From assembly GCA_951406725.2 (NCBI GenBank), contig OX597818.1, forward strand, positions 10,478,001-10,542,000: a stretch of 64,000 bases of DNA. Direction: 5' to 3'. The stretch comes from Octopus vulgaris. Its lineage: Eukaryota. The position numbers and the translations under genes were made by a program. Under the pieces are notes generated by a model that was not told the DNA's origin, ran no database searches, and was given only the letters and a program-made list of their open reading frames with translations. Below, piece after piece: positions 12,738 through 29,376 of the stretch (its first letter is position 1; each line of letters opens with the position of its first letter).

Positions 12738-13385
12738 TAGATAGATAGATAGATAGATATAGATAGATAGATATAGATATAGATATAGATATAGATATAG
12801 ATATATATGTATGTTTGTATGCATGTATATGTATGTATGTGTCTGTATGTATCAATGTGTATGTGTGTGCGCGTGTGCGTGTGTGTGTGTGTGGGGGGGG
12901 TTCATTCACCTTCGACATATATTTTTAAGGCAACCTATCTATGAAGAAACTTTCTCAAACAAAAGCCATAGCAGCGTGCCTTTCTCCGGCGTATAGTCAT
13001 TTAGGTTGAAACACAGATGACTATTCTAATTTTATGCTGTTTCCATTGCACTCACTGGATTTTTTTATTGCACGGTAAGCATTCTCTAACATCAGCGGAT
13101 ATATTATTCATTTTTTCTTAAATATTGCAGCATGAATCTCGTTTTGGCATGTGGGAAATGAGTCCACGCTACAAACACTCCGTTACCCACGAAACGAGAG
13201 AAATGTGTCTAACTTTTCCATCAGTTAGTATTTCAATGACATTCGACTTTCATATATATTGCGTTTTTGATACAAAGTATGCGCAGCTATGTTAGCTTGG
13301 GTTCTGTCTGTGAGCATCGCTTTCGGCAAATGCCTCAGGCCGTCCAAAGTCTTGTGAGTAGATTCGGTACACTGAAGTTGTGTAT

Positions 13386-13430
<45 letters not shown>

Positions 13431-13957
13431 CACATACACGCAAACATGCATACACACATGTACACACACGCACATACATACATAAATACATACATATGTG
13501 TATACATATTTCCATAGATTATGAATATGTTTATCTATATGTGTGTGATTTATATGTATGAACAGGCTTGTGTGTGTGTGTGTGTGTGTATCTGTGTCTG
13601 TGTGTATGTGTACATGTGCGTATGTTTGGCACTAACATATCTGAACAGTTTAAACGACTCCAGAGTTTTCGATTCCACCTTTACGACATCTTGGGCAAGA
13701 GCATTTACCATAGCTCAGGATGGACACATTTTGAGCGAATTTGAGCAGGCGAAATCTGTGAAAATTCAATCAACCGAACTGTACTTGTAAATCAAAAGTT
13801 CAGCCATATCAAACTTGTCTGACACAGGTTCTGTAAGAAACATGCGTTCATAGTATGAGATCAGTCCACAATATACACGTATGTGCATACATATGCGTAG
13901 AGGCATGTCCATATAAAAATGTATGTGTCTGTGCATTTATGGGAGTACATCAATATT

Positions 13958-13987
<30 letters not shown>

Positions 13988-13988
<1 letters not shown>

Positions 13989-14291
13989 TGCTTCTTCCTT
14001 CTCGAGCCACGCCTGGCTCATAAGGGACGGTTTCCCGGTTTCCTCGGTGTATAGGTTCCCCCACCTGGACGAGACGCCGGTCCGTCGCAGGTGAATTGCA
14101 AGATACAGGAGGAAAGAGTGAGAGAAAGTTGTGGCGAAAGAGTCAGCAGAAGTTCGCCATTACCTTCTGCTGGAGGTGCGTGAAGCTTAGGTGTTTCGCT
14201 CATAAGCACACACATCGCCCGGTCTGATATTCGAACCCACGATCCCTCGACCGCGAGTCCACTGCTCTAACCACTAGGCCATGTGCTTCCA
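13988..14291 (-). mobile_element. SINE family C
   Basis: Colinear with 225-531, with B box GGTTCGAATATC. Confidence 0.9.
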
Positions 14292-14304
14292 CACACGCGC
14301 GGGT

Positions 14305-14384
<80 letters not shown>

Positions 14385-14391
14385 GTATATA

Positions 14392-14449
<58 letters not shown>

Positions 14450-14720
14450 TAAGAGAGTAACCACCATGTGGTCTACTCTAGCACTAAAAATAGATCCGCT
14501 AGGTTTCAGCCACAAAAGAATTGTTTCGGATGAAAGTTTGCACGACCACTACCGCAAACGAACAGGGCAAATAAACATAACAAAAATGCAGATTAGTTCA
14601 GGACAATTGTTTCGCTATTAATAAATCATGTAATTTTACTCACATAACATATATCTGTAGCTCTTCAGCCGAACCCGTCCAGAATACAATTTACTCGACC
14701 GCACGCTAGATTTCACCAAA
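14450..14720 (-). mobile_element. short hammerhead-carrying element between (TA)n tracts
   Basis: About 270 bp of non-simple sequence flanked by TA tracts, carrying the hammerhead at 14596-14674. Confidence 0.6.
14596..14674 (-). ncRNA. type I hammerhead ribozyme, canonical core
   Basis: Minus strand: gttcgg CTGAAGA gcta..(40 nt, inner atgtga/ttacat pairing)..tagc GAAAC aatt GTC ctgaac. Stem I is 6 bp, stem II has a G-C closing pair and stem III is the palindrome ACAATTGT. Predicted cut between 14602 and 14601. Confidence 0.88.
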
Positions 14721-14731
14721 TATATACGCTA

Positions 14732-14813
<82 letters not shown>

Positions 14814-14973
14814 TTTTATATTGTGCGTATGTATATATCATACCATTTTGTGTTTTTATGTTTTCACTTGATTCAGTCACTAGACAGTCGAGACCAATTG
14901 GTAAGTGGTGGTTGGTGGGGGTAGTACAAGTACAAAGAGACAAACACGTACACATGTATGTATGTATGTATGT

Positions 14974-15038
<65 letters not shown>

Positions 15039-15812
15039 CACATAACGATGGGCTTCTGTCAGTATTTGTCTCCCAAATGCACTTATAAAGCTTTGGCCGG
15101 ACCGAGGTTGTACGTGGGTATCATGTATTGAAGTTGAAGTCGAAACAATGCCCCTATAAACAAGTTTCGTAAAACACAACCATACTTATCTTCACATACA
15201 TACATACATACATACATACATACATACATACATACATACATACATACATACATACATACATACATGCATACATACATACATACACAATTACGAAGGTATT
15301 TAGACACTTGAGTTAATCTTATACATACATTAAACAATATAATTCTTATATGGATACAACCATATACATATACATACAAATCAAGACACACTGACACATA
15401 ATAATCCTTTTCTTTTCTACTCTAGGCACAAGGCCTGAAATTTTGGAGGAGGGGGGCCAGTCGATTAGATCGACCCCAACTGGTACTTAATTTATCGGAC
15501 CCTTAAGGATGAAAGGCAAAGTCGACCTCGGCAGAATTTGAAAGACCCATAATAATTAAGACATATATACGCACCCAGATAGTGCCTGAAATACATACTC
15601 ATCATACCCGTCGCTAATGGGGTGCACTAGACGGCACTGTCGCCTCACTATTGAATGTGGCATCCTCCACTTATTCGAAATCCACTTTAGCATTATTAAC
15701 AGATTAGTGCCTACCCAGAATATTCTGAAGCATTCTCGGGCACCAAAGTCTGGCGACGGGCCTAACACACATACGAACACGCATAAACACACGCGCACAC
15801 ACACACACGCAC

Positions 15813-15903
<91 letters not shown>

Positions 15904-16082
15904 AAACAATGTTACTTACACACAAAGAGATACACACCGACAGCCCTGTACTTTCAGACATAGATAAAATCCAAGTAGCACATCGACATACACAAAGAAC
16001 CTCCCAGAGAAATTCTGCAACTCGAAGCGTGGTTACTTTCGGGCCGATCCGGAAGGAAAGAATACTGTCGAAATTCAATGGG

Positions 16083-16641
<559 letters not shown>

Positions 16642-19163
16642 CGTCAGACTTTTATTCATTTATTAATTAATTTATTTATTTATTATTTTTAAGGGAGAAG
16701 CCATCAGTTATCAGATTATCCCCCAGCCCTTTGACTCTCCGAACCGATGTATTGGTCTATAACACGGCCGTCACAAATGCACGCTGGACAACAACCACGA
16801 TTACACAAGTCGTGTACTGTTACTGTCCCACACATATTTACGGCCACAATGAACGCTCTAGTCACACACAGACCATCAAGTCACACATACTGATAGACGT
16901 ATACATCCTCAAACACACACACATACAGAGAGAGAGAGAGAGAGAGAGTCACAGAGAGACAGGGAAGGAGAGAACCATACGTACACCTCCCTCACACTCA
17001 GCTACGGCCAACGGAGGAAACTCTTTGGTCTTGCTTGAACTGCTAAAAAGTACACCCAAATCCCTCACGAATCACACTCTGTTGTCTTTAAAATGGACCG
17101 GTTGCATGATGTCATCCCGGGCTCTCTGCATATGGGATAAAAAATGATGGAATGGCCACGGCTGAAACGTTTGTGTTATGATTATTGGTTTGTTTGATCA
17201 AAGTTATCCTAGGGTTAAACAACAAGTAACCCCCGTCTCCTTTCCAAACGCACACGCAGACATACAATCACACAGAAGGCTAGAGCCATGCACACAGCCA
17301 TACATACGGTTGCAACTTCATTCGCACAGAGTTACACGTAACTAAAAGGACATTCACAACACACACATAGGCCACATAAACATACATACACAGCAAAGAA
17401 AAGGTTAGTCACAGGCGTATAGCCTCACACGCATAGATACAGTGACACACTGTTACAACCTCACACAGACACATCTAGAATTTTAACCCCATACATACGC
17501 ACTAAGCTATATGTTACACCTTCACAGCAACACACGCTGTGACAAGCACACATTGTCACACACATCTACAATTTTAACCATACACATACGCACAGAACTG
17601 TTTCAAGCACACATGTGGACACATACACACACATCCACACGCTCATACACGGGCTGAAGTCTTCCGCCACATACGTAGACATCATAAACTGTTACAGAGT
17701 GTTTAAACTACACACCGATACAACAGCCAGACGCATACATATATATATTCATACGTATACACACACACAAACAAGCGCGCGCGCACATGCACACACACAA
17801 ACACACTAACACTTCAGTCACAGCTACAAACGCACGCAAGTATATAACTACACACATTAGCTGTCACTCATAGGCACACATACATACACACACGCGCGGG
17901 AGGGGTCCAGTCACACTCACAAACACACACACACACACACACTGACACATACTCAAAGAAGACTCCAGTCACACATACACGCACACACATACATAGATAC
18001 ACAGAAACTGAAAGCAAGAATGAAGAGTAAAAGAGAGAGAGAGGGAGATAGTGAGAGACAGAGCTGAAAGAGAGAGTGAGTGACAGACAGAATAAACAAG
18101 TTAAAGAGAGCGGGAGAGATAAAGCGAATCAAAGCAATAGAGCGAATGAGAAAGAAAGTGAGAACGAAGAAATATGAGAGAGTGAAAGAGAGAGAGGAAT
18201 GCGCACGGCAGGTCCGTTGCAACAGCAACTAAAGTGTTCCTCGATTGAGGACGAGACGAGTGGGGAAGACAAAATAAGCGACTGGCTGTTTGCCAGATGT
18301 TAGTCTCCGACCAGGATAACAGGCGATGCTTCCCCGAGTCCAGGAATCGCCAAGAACTGCCAGACTTCTTCCGTTGATTCTCTCACGACAGGAAGAAAAG
18401 GAAGTACAATTAATAAGTCGGTAATAAGAGAAAAAAAAGAGAGCAAGAAAGAGAGAGAAAGAAAGGACGAAAGAAGGAACGAAAGAAAGAGAGTTTGAAA
18501 GAAAAAGCGTGTGTGTGAGAGAGAGAGAGTGAGAGGGAAAGAACGCGAGACAGAAAGACAGCTTTTAAATCTAATATAAACACGTAGATTTATCTGGAGA
18601 TAAAAAAAAAACGAGAATTATTTACATATATACATCTAACACACACACACACATACATACACATATATATGCATATTATATAAATATATAAATTTGCTAT
18701 CCCATAGCATATACAACACAACCATCATACATACCTTAACGTATACATACTCAAAGAAAGGAAATAAGCATACACAATCGCACGCATTTATACATACGCA
18801 AATATACACATATAACAAATAATAAAAGTGATCATACACACACACAAAAAAGCGTAAATACAGATATTATATATACATATATATATATATTTCTGTACAC
18901 GTAATCATGTGTGTATATAATATATACACAAAGGTATAAATCCTATTAAAAAAAAAAGAAAAAAAAAAAGAAAAGAAAAAGATATAACCTTTGTCCATTC
19001 TGTAACGTTTATAATTCTTCATTTTGGAAATATATTTTACCATTTATTGTGGAGGTCGGAACACCTTTTTCCCCAAAACGCAAGGTTAGTGTCTGCATGT
19101 TTTTGACTTTTATTTTTGTTTTTGTTTTTGATTCCCAAAGGTCTTTTACGTACAACCATATAT

Positions 19164-19221
<58 letters not shown>

Positions 19222-19615
19222 GCATCTATACATACACACATACATACATGCAAATATACATACATACATACATACATGCATACATACATAGATTGGTTAT
19301 TAGATAAATAGATATTGTGTATACGTCCGCGCGCGTGTGTGCGTGCCTGCATGCGAATATGCGTGCGTGTGTATGTATGTGTGAGTCGTTCTGTGTGTGT
19401 GTGTGTGTGTGTGTCGTTCTGTGAATGTGTCGTTCTGTGTGTGTGTGTGCGCGCGCGCTCGTGTGTGTGTGTAATGGTCCTGTTTCACATTCCAGGGTGT
19501 CCTTTTGATAGCGATGGGATGACATTTCTTTAGTGCAATTTATTTATCGTAATAAATCTTTGAACATTCAACCAGTTGCTGCCGTACCAGTCTAATATGC
19601 ATAATACACACACAC

Positions 19616-19674
<59 letters not shown>

Positions 19675-19780
19675 ATACACACACATGCACGTACACAACT
19701 GTTATAGTGTCCCATACTTTATTGAAACATATATATATATATATGTATGTATATATGTGTACGTATATATAAATGTGTGC

Positions 19781-19812
<32 letters not shown>

Positions 19813-19919
19813 TTGCGATACAAACAGGAAATATAGTTTGAGAAGTACCAATACACGACAAAGTCTCGGCCCTCGAGTCACTCTGTAGTTTTAGCCAATA
19901 CATAATTAATACACATACA

Positions 19920-19985
<66 letters not shown>

Positions 19986-20403
19986 CTCACACACACACAA
20001 CATGCAAACATACACATAAAAACATGCAAATACAAGCACTCACACACACATTTAACATGTATATATTATATTATATTATATTATATCATATTATATCATA
20101 TTCGATCTGAAACTTAACAATTGTGAAAATTATCCTATAATCGTCCTAAGATCGGAGCAATGAAACTCGGACAAGTAATTTGTGAAGTTTCGCTTTTCCG
20201 TAATATACATATAAATTTCTGAAGATTGAGTATTTTCTTCTTCTTTTCATTCTAAATTAACTATTAATATATTTAGGTGCCGTACGGGCTGTACGGTACG
20301 AGCGTGGCTATGTGTCTGAAGTAGTTAGGTAGGAATCGGACTGGTGATAGGTGAGGGTCTTCAAAAGAGAAATCTAGACATGCAAACACAACACATACAG
20401 ACG

Positions 20404-20519
<116 letters not shown>

Positions 20520-20675
20520 TGTATATATATATATATACATACACACACACATATATATATATATACATATATATATTCATATATACATACATACGCATTC
20601 ACACACACATATATATAATATATAGATACATATATATATATATATATATAATGCGTACATATACATATATGTGGG

Positions 20676-20714
<39 letters not shown>

Positions 20715-20934
20715 GAGTGTGTATGTATGTATGTACTTATGTACATATATGCATACATCGATATATGCATATATATGTGTATATATCTATATATGTGTGT
20801 TTGTAGATACATACATACAAACATACATACATACACATATACACACATACATACACACATACACACATACATACACACACATACATACATACATACATAC
20901 ATACATACATACATACATACATACATACACACAT

Positions 20935-20967
<33 letters not shown>

Positions 20968-21239
20968 TACATACATACATGCATACATACATACATACAT
21001 ACATACATACATACATACATACATACATACATACATACATACATACATACCCATCTCATTGCCGTTGTTTCATGTCGTACTAAAATATCGAGCCGTCCTT
21101 GGATAACAAAACATTGTTTCTATCTATGCGAGGAGGTTGCTAGCCCTCGTTCAACAATTTCTCCGTTTTTCAAGAAGGGGATGCTGTGACTGATCTCAAG
21201 AAACTCTCATGGTGCAGTGTAATAGATTCAACCTGTACA

Positions 21240-21518
21240 TTTCTCTATCTGTATCTATCTTTCAATCTAATTGTCTATCAGTGTATATATCTGTCTGTCC
21301 ATCTATATTTGCCTTTCTATCTCTCTCTCTCTCTCTCTCTATTTATTTATCTATCTATCTATCTACCATTCTATGTCTGTCTCTCACTTTCTGATTCTAC
21401 CCATCACTATCCGACTATCTGCATCTGTCTATCTGTCTTGTTACCTTTCTATTTATTTATCTTTATATATATAACTGTCTGGTTATTTCTTTCTCTGCTT
21501 ATCTGTCTGTCTGTCTAC

Positions 21519-21583
<65 letters not shown>

Positions 21584-21721
21584 GATTGATCTACCTCTAT
21601 CTGTCTCTTCGTCTATATCTCTCCCTGTACATCTATCTGTCTATCTACAACAGGCCTATCTAGTTATCTCTGTCTGTCTCACAGTCTCTATCTCTCCATC
21701 TATCAATCAATATCCGCCTAA

Positions 21722-21771
<50 letters not shown>

Positions 21772-21775
21772 GTCA

Positions 21776-21835
<60 letters not shown>

Positions 21836-22298
21836 TTCTGCTCGTCTGCCTATCTATTTCTCTACGTATCTGCCTTCTCTATCTCTTTCAATTACTATAT
21901 TTATCTATCTACCTATTATATATGTTTGTATGTATGTATGTATGTATGTATGTATGTATGTATGTGTGTGTGTGTTTGTTTGTACCTATGTATCTATTTG
22001 TCTGTCTGTCTGCCAGTCTTCTCTCTCTCTCCCTCTCTCTCTCTTCCTGTCTTTCTCTCTCTTTCTTTCTCTTCCTTCCTCTCTTTGTGTATGTGTGTGT
22101 CTATGCGTGTCTTTACCTATCTGGTTCTCTCTCTTTGTGTATCTATCTATCTCTATCTTTTTGTATCTCTATTTGTAGTTGTCTATCTCTCTATCTAACT
22201 ATCTCTCTACCTATCTATCTACCTATCTATCTATCTATCTATCTATCTACCTATCTATCTATCTATCTATCTATCTCTCTATCTATCTATCTACCTAC

Positions 22299-22358
<60 letters not shown>

Positions 22359-22807
22359 TTATCTGTCTGTCTATGTCTAGTTTATTTGTGTATCTACCTA
22401 TCTTCCTCTGCTTGCCTATCTATTTATCAATCTACCTTTCTCTATTTACCTATCTATCTACGTATCTACGGATTTATCTTTATCGATTTATTTGTCTGTT
22501 TATATCACTAATACTCTATCTCTTGGTCCTACCATCCGTCTATTACTCTATCCCTCAATCTCTCATCTACTTGTCTACTCTCTATCTATTTGTCTGTTTA
22601 TCTGTCTGTCGATCTAACTCTGTGACTGTCTGTCTTTCTCTTTCTCTTTCTCACGCTCTTTCTCTGTCTCTACCTGTCTATCTGTCTGTCTGTCTAACTC
22701 TCTCTTTCTGTCTCTCTCCACCTGTTTCCCTGTCTCTCTTTCTCTCCTCCATCTGTCTTCCCCTGTCTCTGTCTGTCTATATGACTCTCTCCCTCTATCT
22801 ATCTATG

Positions 22808-22870
<63 letters not shown>

Positions 22871-23272
22871 TTGTCTGTCTGTCTGTCTGTCTATTTGCCT
22901 AGCTACCTATCTAACTGTCAATATATTTTTCTGTCTACCTTTCTTTCCGTATATCAACCTACCTATTTAACTATATACTTGTATATAAATCTCTCTCCCT
23001 CTCTCTCTCTCTTGCTCTGTCTCTTTTTCTATCTCTCTCTCTCTCTCTCTCTAACTACTAGCCTATTAAAGTGTCTGTCTGTCTATCTTTTTGTATGTCC
23101 GTTGTCTGCCTTTCTTTCTGTCTGTGTCTCTGTCTATCAACTATCCCCATTTCCCTGTGTCATTCTGACTTCCTCTTTCCATCTTCCAGCTTATTTGACT
23201 GTCTGCCTATCATTCTTCCAATCCGTCTGTCTCTGTTTTTCTGTCTATCTGTCGCCCTATCTATCTATCAAA

Positions 23273-23305
<33 letters not shown>

Positions 23306-23600
23306 AAAATCCATTTTTCTCACTTTCTCTCTCTTACTCATCTTCTCTCACTCTATCTCCCTGTCTTTCTACCTCTCTCTCCTTCTCTTAGCCGATCTCG
23401 CCATCGGTAGTTTATCTCCGTGTCTGGCTGTCACTCACTTTCTCTGCCTATCTGAGTGTCTGTCTCACCGTCTGCTGGTCTCTCCGTCTGACTCTCCAAC
23501 CAAATTGTCTGTATGCCAGACTGCCTCTCACTCTACCTACATCTCTGTCTATAGATCTCTCACTCCATCTCATCATTCCACCGTCTGAATGTCTTTCTAT
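21240..23600. repeat. 2.3-kb pyrimidine-rich compound microsatellite (TCTA/TCTG/TC)n
   Basis: Directly visible. Accounts for ORFs 21186-22178 and 22373-23410. Confidence 0.95.
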
Positions 23601-23830
23601 CAATCAATCAGTCCTCCTTTCACTGCGTGCGTGTGTGTGTGGGGGGGGGGGGTGCGCGTGTGTGTGCGTGTGTGCGTGTGGGGGGTGTATGGGTGGGTGA
23701 GTATAAATAAGAAGGGGATTCTGTATGTGTGTGTGCTCCTGTATGTATGTACCTGTGTACATATATGCAAATAAGTATGCTCGGATACATAAACACATAC
23801 ATATATACATATATATAGAGAGATAGAGAG

Positions 23831-23902
<72 letters not shown>

Positions 23903-24035
23903 ATATATCTATATATACATATATCTATATACACATATATATTTAATATATAACATAAATGTATGTATAGAGGCACGTATGTATATAGATGTATAAAATG
24001 TGTATATGTGTGTAGACTTATTAATATATATATAT

Positions 24036-24453
24036 ACTCTTTACTCTTTTACTCTTTTACTTGTTTCAGTCATTTGACTGCGGCCATGCTGGAGCACCAC
24101 CTTTAATCGAGCTACTCGACCCCGGGACTTATTCTTTGTAAGCCCAGTACTTATTCTATCGGTCTCTTTTTGCCGAACCGCTAATTGACGGGGACATAAA
24201 CACACCAGCATCGGTTGTCAAGCAATGCTAGGGGGACAAACACAGACACACAAACACACACACATACATATATATATATATACATATATACGACGGACTT
24301 CTTTCAGTTTCCGTCTACCAAATCCACTCACAAGGCTTTGGTTGGACCGAGGCTATAGTAGAAGACACTTGCCCAAGGTGCCACGCAGTGGGACTGAACC
24401 CAGAACCATGTGGTTGGTAAACAAGCTACTTACCACACATCCACTCCTGCGCC
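24036..24453 (-). mobile_element. SINE family A, full length, low divergence
   Basis: Colinear with the 44787 and 32069 copies, with an (ACTCTTTT)3 tail on the plus strand. Confidence 0.93.
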
Positions 24454-24522
24454 TATATATATATATGTATATATATAAACATATATATGTGTAAATGAGT
24501 ATATATGCATATACGTATATAA

Positions 24523-24567
<45 letters not shown>

Positions 24568-24672
24568 TATATATAACCACAGTAAGTAGGTACTCAATAC
24601 ATAGCATAGTAAAATTAATATACAGGATAGTACTGTTCATTATCAGGAAGTATAAAGCTCCTTCTATATAAT

Positions 24673-24727
<55 letters not shown>

Positions 24728-24754
24728 GTATATAAGTATATATATATGTATATA

Positions 24755-24786
<32 letters not shown>

Positions 24787-24798
24787 ATATATATATAT

Positions 24799-24846
<48 letters not shown>

Positions 24847-24968
24847 GTATAAATAAATATATATATATACACACACCCAAAAATGTGTGTGTGCCCGTGC
24901 GTCTCTATATGTATATCTTTAGATACACGTATCAGTGTATGGAGATATATGTATATAGTGTGTATATG

Positions 24969-25019
<51 letters not shown>

Positions 25020-25114
25020 CATACATATATATATAGAGAGAGAGATAGATAGATAGATATGTATGTATGTATGGATGGATGGATGTTTGCATATATATGT
25101 ATATGCATGTATAT

Positions 25115-25168
<54 letters not shown>

Positions 25169-25238
25169 AATATAGACATATGCATATATACTCACACGTG
25201 TGTATATGTATATATATATATATATATATGTGTGTATG

Positions 25239-25281
<43 letters not shown>

Positions 25282-25907
25282 ATGAATGAATTTTCTTATT
25301 CTGTTACTTCTTTCGATCATGAGACTGCGGCCATGCTGGTGCACCGCCTTGAAAAGTTTTAGTTGATCTAATCGAACCCGGGAGTTATTGTTTGCAACTT
25401 ATTCTACTTCGCACTTTTGTTGAACCTCAAAGTTACACAGACGTAAAAGACATGAACCGAATTTCAAGCGATGGGAACGGGGAGAAGGCGCAAATACAGA
25501 CTCAGACACAGATACATATACATATACGTATGTATATATACGTTTCATATGTATATATATACATTTATGTGTATGTTTGTGTGTATACATACAATAGGCT
25601 TCTTTCAGTTTCCGTCAACTGAATCTATTCACAAGGTTGTGAATGAGAAGCAAACTTCTTACCACACAGCCACACCTAGGTGTATTTATAAGTGTATATA
25701 TTTATATATGTGTATATATGCGTGCGTAGCTGCAAAGCCAAGTAGCACCTTTAGCAGGTCCATTCTATTCTAGACCCGGGCAAACCAATGGCTCGCGAGT
25801 ACATCAGACAATACATACTTACACGAACACACAGGTGTACATATATGTCTGCATGTGTGTGTGTGTGTTTGTAATCAAATGAATAACATCTGATAGACAA
25901 TTGTTAG

Positions 25908-25994
25908 CTCAATACAACTGTTTCTCACGTAACTTTTTAGTAGAAGAATGATATATTACATCATTATTGAAAGACCGTCATCATCAGATGCGAG
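25908..25994 (-). ncRNA. decayed type I hammerhead motif
   Basis: Minus strand: CTGATGA tgacg..aatgatgt/atatcatt..cgtga GAAAC agtt GTA ttgag. The core is intact but stem I is poorly paired. Confidence 0.5.
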
Positions 25995-26343
25995 TATATT
26001 TGTAAAACAAAAGAACGTCCCAAGTATACAGCAATGGAATTGACTGCAGTCCAACCATAGGCCAGAACTACAGAGATTACCCAACCCTACCAGGTGCATA
26101 CCATTTCAAGTACCTGATACTTACGTTTTATATGTTTATATATATATATATATATATATACATTTGAGGTGGAGTATGATGGTATGTGTGACTTACTTCT
26201 ACTTGCATTGTATTCATGTGAGGATTGTAAAAAGTTGTCACGGTTATGCGAGCGGTTTCCAGCATTTCCAATCTTCCGTGAACATATCTCTGGTCATAGG
26301 GAGATGTTACATATTTATATGCATATATAAATATAGATAGATG

Positions 26344-26398
<55 letters not shown>

Positions 26399-26459
26399 GC
26401 ATACATACATACATACATACATACATACATACATACATACATACATACATACATAAATA

Positions 26460-26631
26460 GGCGAAGGAGTGGGTGTGTGGTAAGTAGCTTGCTTGCCAAC
26501 CACATGTTTCCGGGTTCAGTCCCACTGTGTGGCACCTTGGGCAAAGCGTCTTCTCCTACAGCCTCGGGTCGACCAAAGCCTTGTGAGTGGATTTGGTAGA
26601 CAGAAACTGAAAGAAGCCCGTCGGATATATG

Positions 26632-26662
<31 letters not shown>

Positions 26663-26875
26663 GTGTGTTTGTGCGTCTGTGTTTGTCCCCTTTAACATTG
26701 CTTGTCAGCCGATGCTGGTATGTTTATGTCCCCGTAACTTAGTGGTTCGGTATAAGAAACCGACAGAATAAGTACTAGGCTTACAAAGAATAAGTCCTGG
26801 TGTCAATTTGCTCGACTAAAAGCGGTGCTACGTGCATGGCCGCCGTCAAATGACTGAAACAAGTAAAAGAGTAAA

Positions 26876-26877
<2 letters not shown>
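26460..26877 (+). mobile_element. SINE family A (variant subfamily)
   Basis: Full length, with diagnostic GCAAAGCGTCTTCTCCTACAG and CTACGTGCATGGCCGCC. Confidence 0.92.
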
Positions 26878-26930
<53 letters not shown>

Positions 26931-27153
26931 GGCTGAAACAAGTAAAAGAGAGTAATCGTGCGTACATATGTACACAATACATACATACATAATTACGTAC
27001 ATGCATACATACATAAATACACACACATACATACACACACATACATACATACATACATACATACATACATACATAATACATACATACATACATACATACA
27101 TACATACATACACACATAGGTACATATATACATACATACGTACGTGGCACCTT

Positions 27154-27540
27154 GGCGAAGGAGTGGGTGTGTGGTAAGTAGCTTGCTTGCCAACCACATG
27201 TTTCCGGGTTCAGCCCCCACTGTGTGGCACCTTGGGCAAAGCGTCTTCTCCTACAGCCTCGGGTCGACCAAAGCCTTGTGAGTGGATTTGGTAGACAGAA
27301 ACTGAAAGAAGCCCGTCGGATATATGTATATATATATGTATGTGTGTGTGTGTATGTGTGTTTGTGCGTCTGTGTTTGTCCCCTTTAACATTGCTTGTCA
27401 GCCGATGCTGGTATGTTTATGTCCCCGTAACTTAATGGTTCGGTATAAGAAACCGACAGAATAAGTACTAGGCTTACAAAGAATAAGTCCTGGTGTCAAT
27501 TTGCTCGACTAAAAGCGGTGCTACGTGCATGGCCGCCGTC
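27154..27540 (+). mobile_element. SINE family A, near-identical duplicate of the 26460 copy, tail missing
   Basis: Shares its private substitutions with 26460-26847. Confidence 0.92.
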
Positions 27541-27817
27541 TGTGTACGTGTATACGTAAAAGAGTGTGTGTACATATAGGTATATATATGAATATATACA
27601 TATACATATACATATATATATATATATATATGTGAGTTTGTGTGTATGTGTATGCATACAAACATGTATACATGTGAATGTATATATCCATACATACACA
27701 GATGCATACATACATGCATATATATAAATATATCTAATATAAATGCATATGTGTGTAGCATGTGTATATATATATATATGCGTATATGTATATATATATA
27801 TATGTGTGTATATATAT

Positions 27818-27848
<31 letters not shown>

Positions 27849-28179
27849 CATATATACATATATACATATATATATGTACACAAACATATATAAATATATA
27901 CATATATACGCACACACACACATGTATATATAAGTACTTGGTACATTTAGAGGTGCCTGACTGAGTGGATAGAGTATTGCAATGATGACCGTTCGGCTAT
28001 GGTTTTTGCTCCCAGACCGAGTATTGCCTTCTGCTGCGCGTATGTGTGTATGCGCGTGGATGTGTGTGCGTCTGTGCGTGCGTGCGTGTGTGTGCATGCG
28101 TGCGTCGGGGGTGTGCTTGTGTTTGTGTGTGTACGTTTATAGATAGATGTAGATAGATTTGCACACATACTTAATATAA

Positions 28180-28211
<32 letters not shown>

Positions 28212-28508
28212 ATTTATATGGGTATATATATATATATATATACACACACATATACATATCTATATGTATATATATATATGTGAGTTTGTGTGTATGTGTA
28301 TGCATACAAACATGTACACATGTGAGTGTATATATCCATACATACACAGATGCATACATACATGCATATATATAAATATATCTAATATAAATGCATATGT
28401 GTGTGCATGTGTGTATATATATATATATATGCGTATATGTATATATATATATATGTGTGTATATGTATATATATGTGTATGTATATATATATATATATAC
28501 ATATATAC

Positions 28509-28541
<33 letters not shown>

Positions 28542-28680
28542 CATATATGTGCGTGTGTATTTATATAAATATATATACATATAATCATGTATATATATAT
28601 ATACATATATTTACGTATGCATATATGTGACTATGTATATATTTATATACATATACTATATTATTAAATGCATTATATAT

Positions 28681-28755
<75 letters not shown>

Positions 28756-28822
28756 TATATATAGTACATATGTATGTGTGTGTATATTATGTATATGTTT
28801 ATATAAACATACACGCACGGAC

Positions 28823-28955
<133 letters not shown>

Positions 28956-29086
28956 AACACACTCATTCATGTATGTGTACTTATATATATTTATGTGTAC
29001 AAATATATATATTTAAACACACACACACACGCATATGTAGATAGATAGATATATAGTTATATCTCTTTATATGTGTATGTATATAT

Positions 29087-29126
<40 letters not shown>

Positions 29127-29230
29127 ATATATATACACCTAAATATATATACGTGAATATTTCTAAATATACATGTAATGACGTTTGTGTTTGTTTATGA
29201 AGATAGATAACTTTACACACACACAAACAC

Positions 29231-29296
<66 letters not shown>

Positions 29297-29345
29297 GTAT
29301 ATATATACATATATACATACATACATACATACATACATACATACA

Positions 29346-29376
<31 letters not shown>

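Noticed and set aside
26030-26120. YHFKYL resembling the RT FKYLG motif
   Set aside because: Isolated short match inside a hammerhead-carrying non-coding unit.
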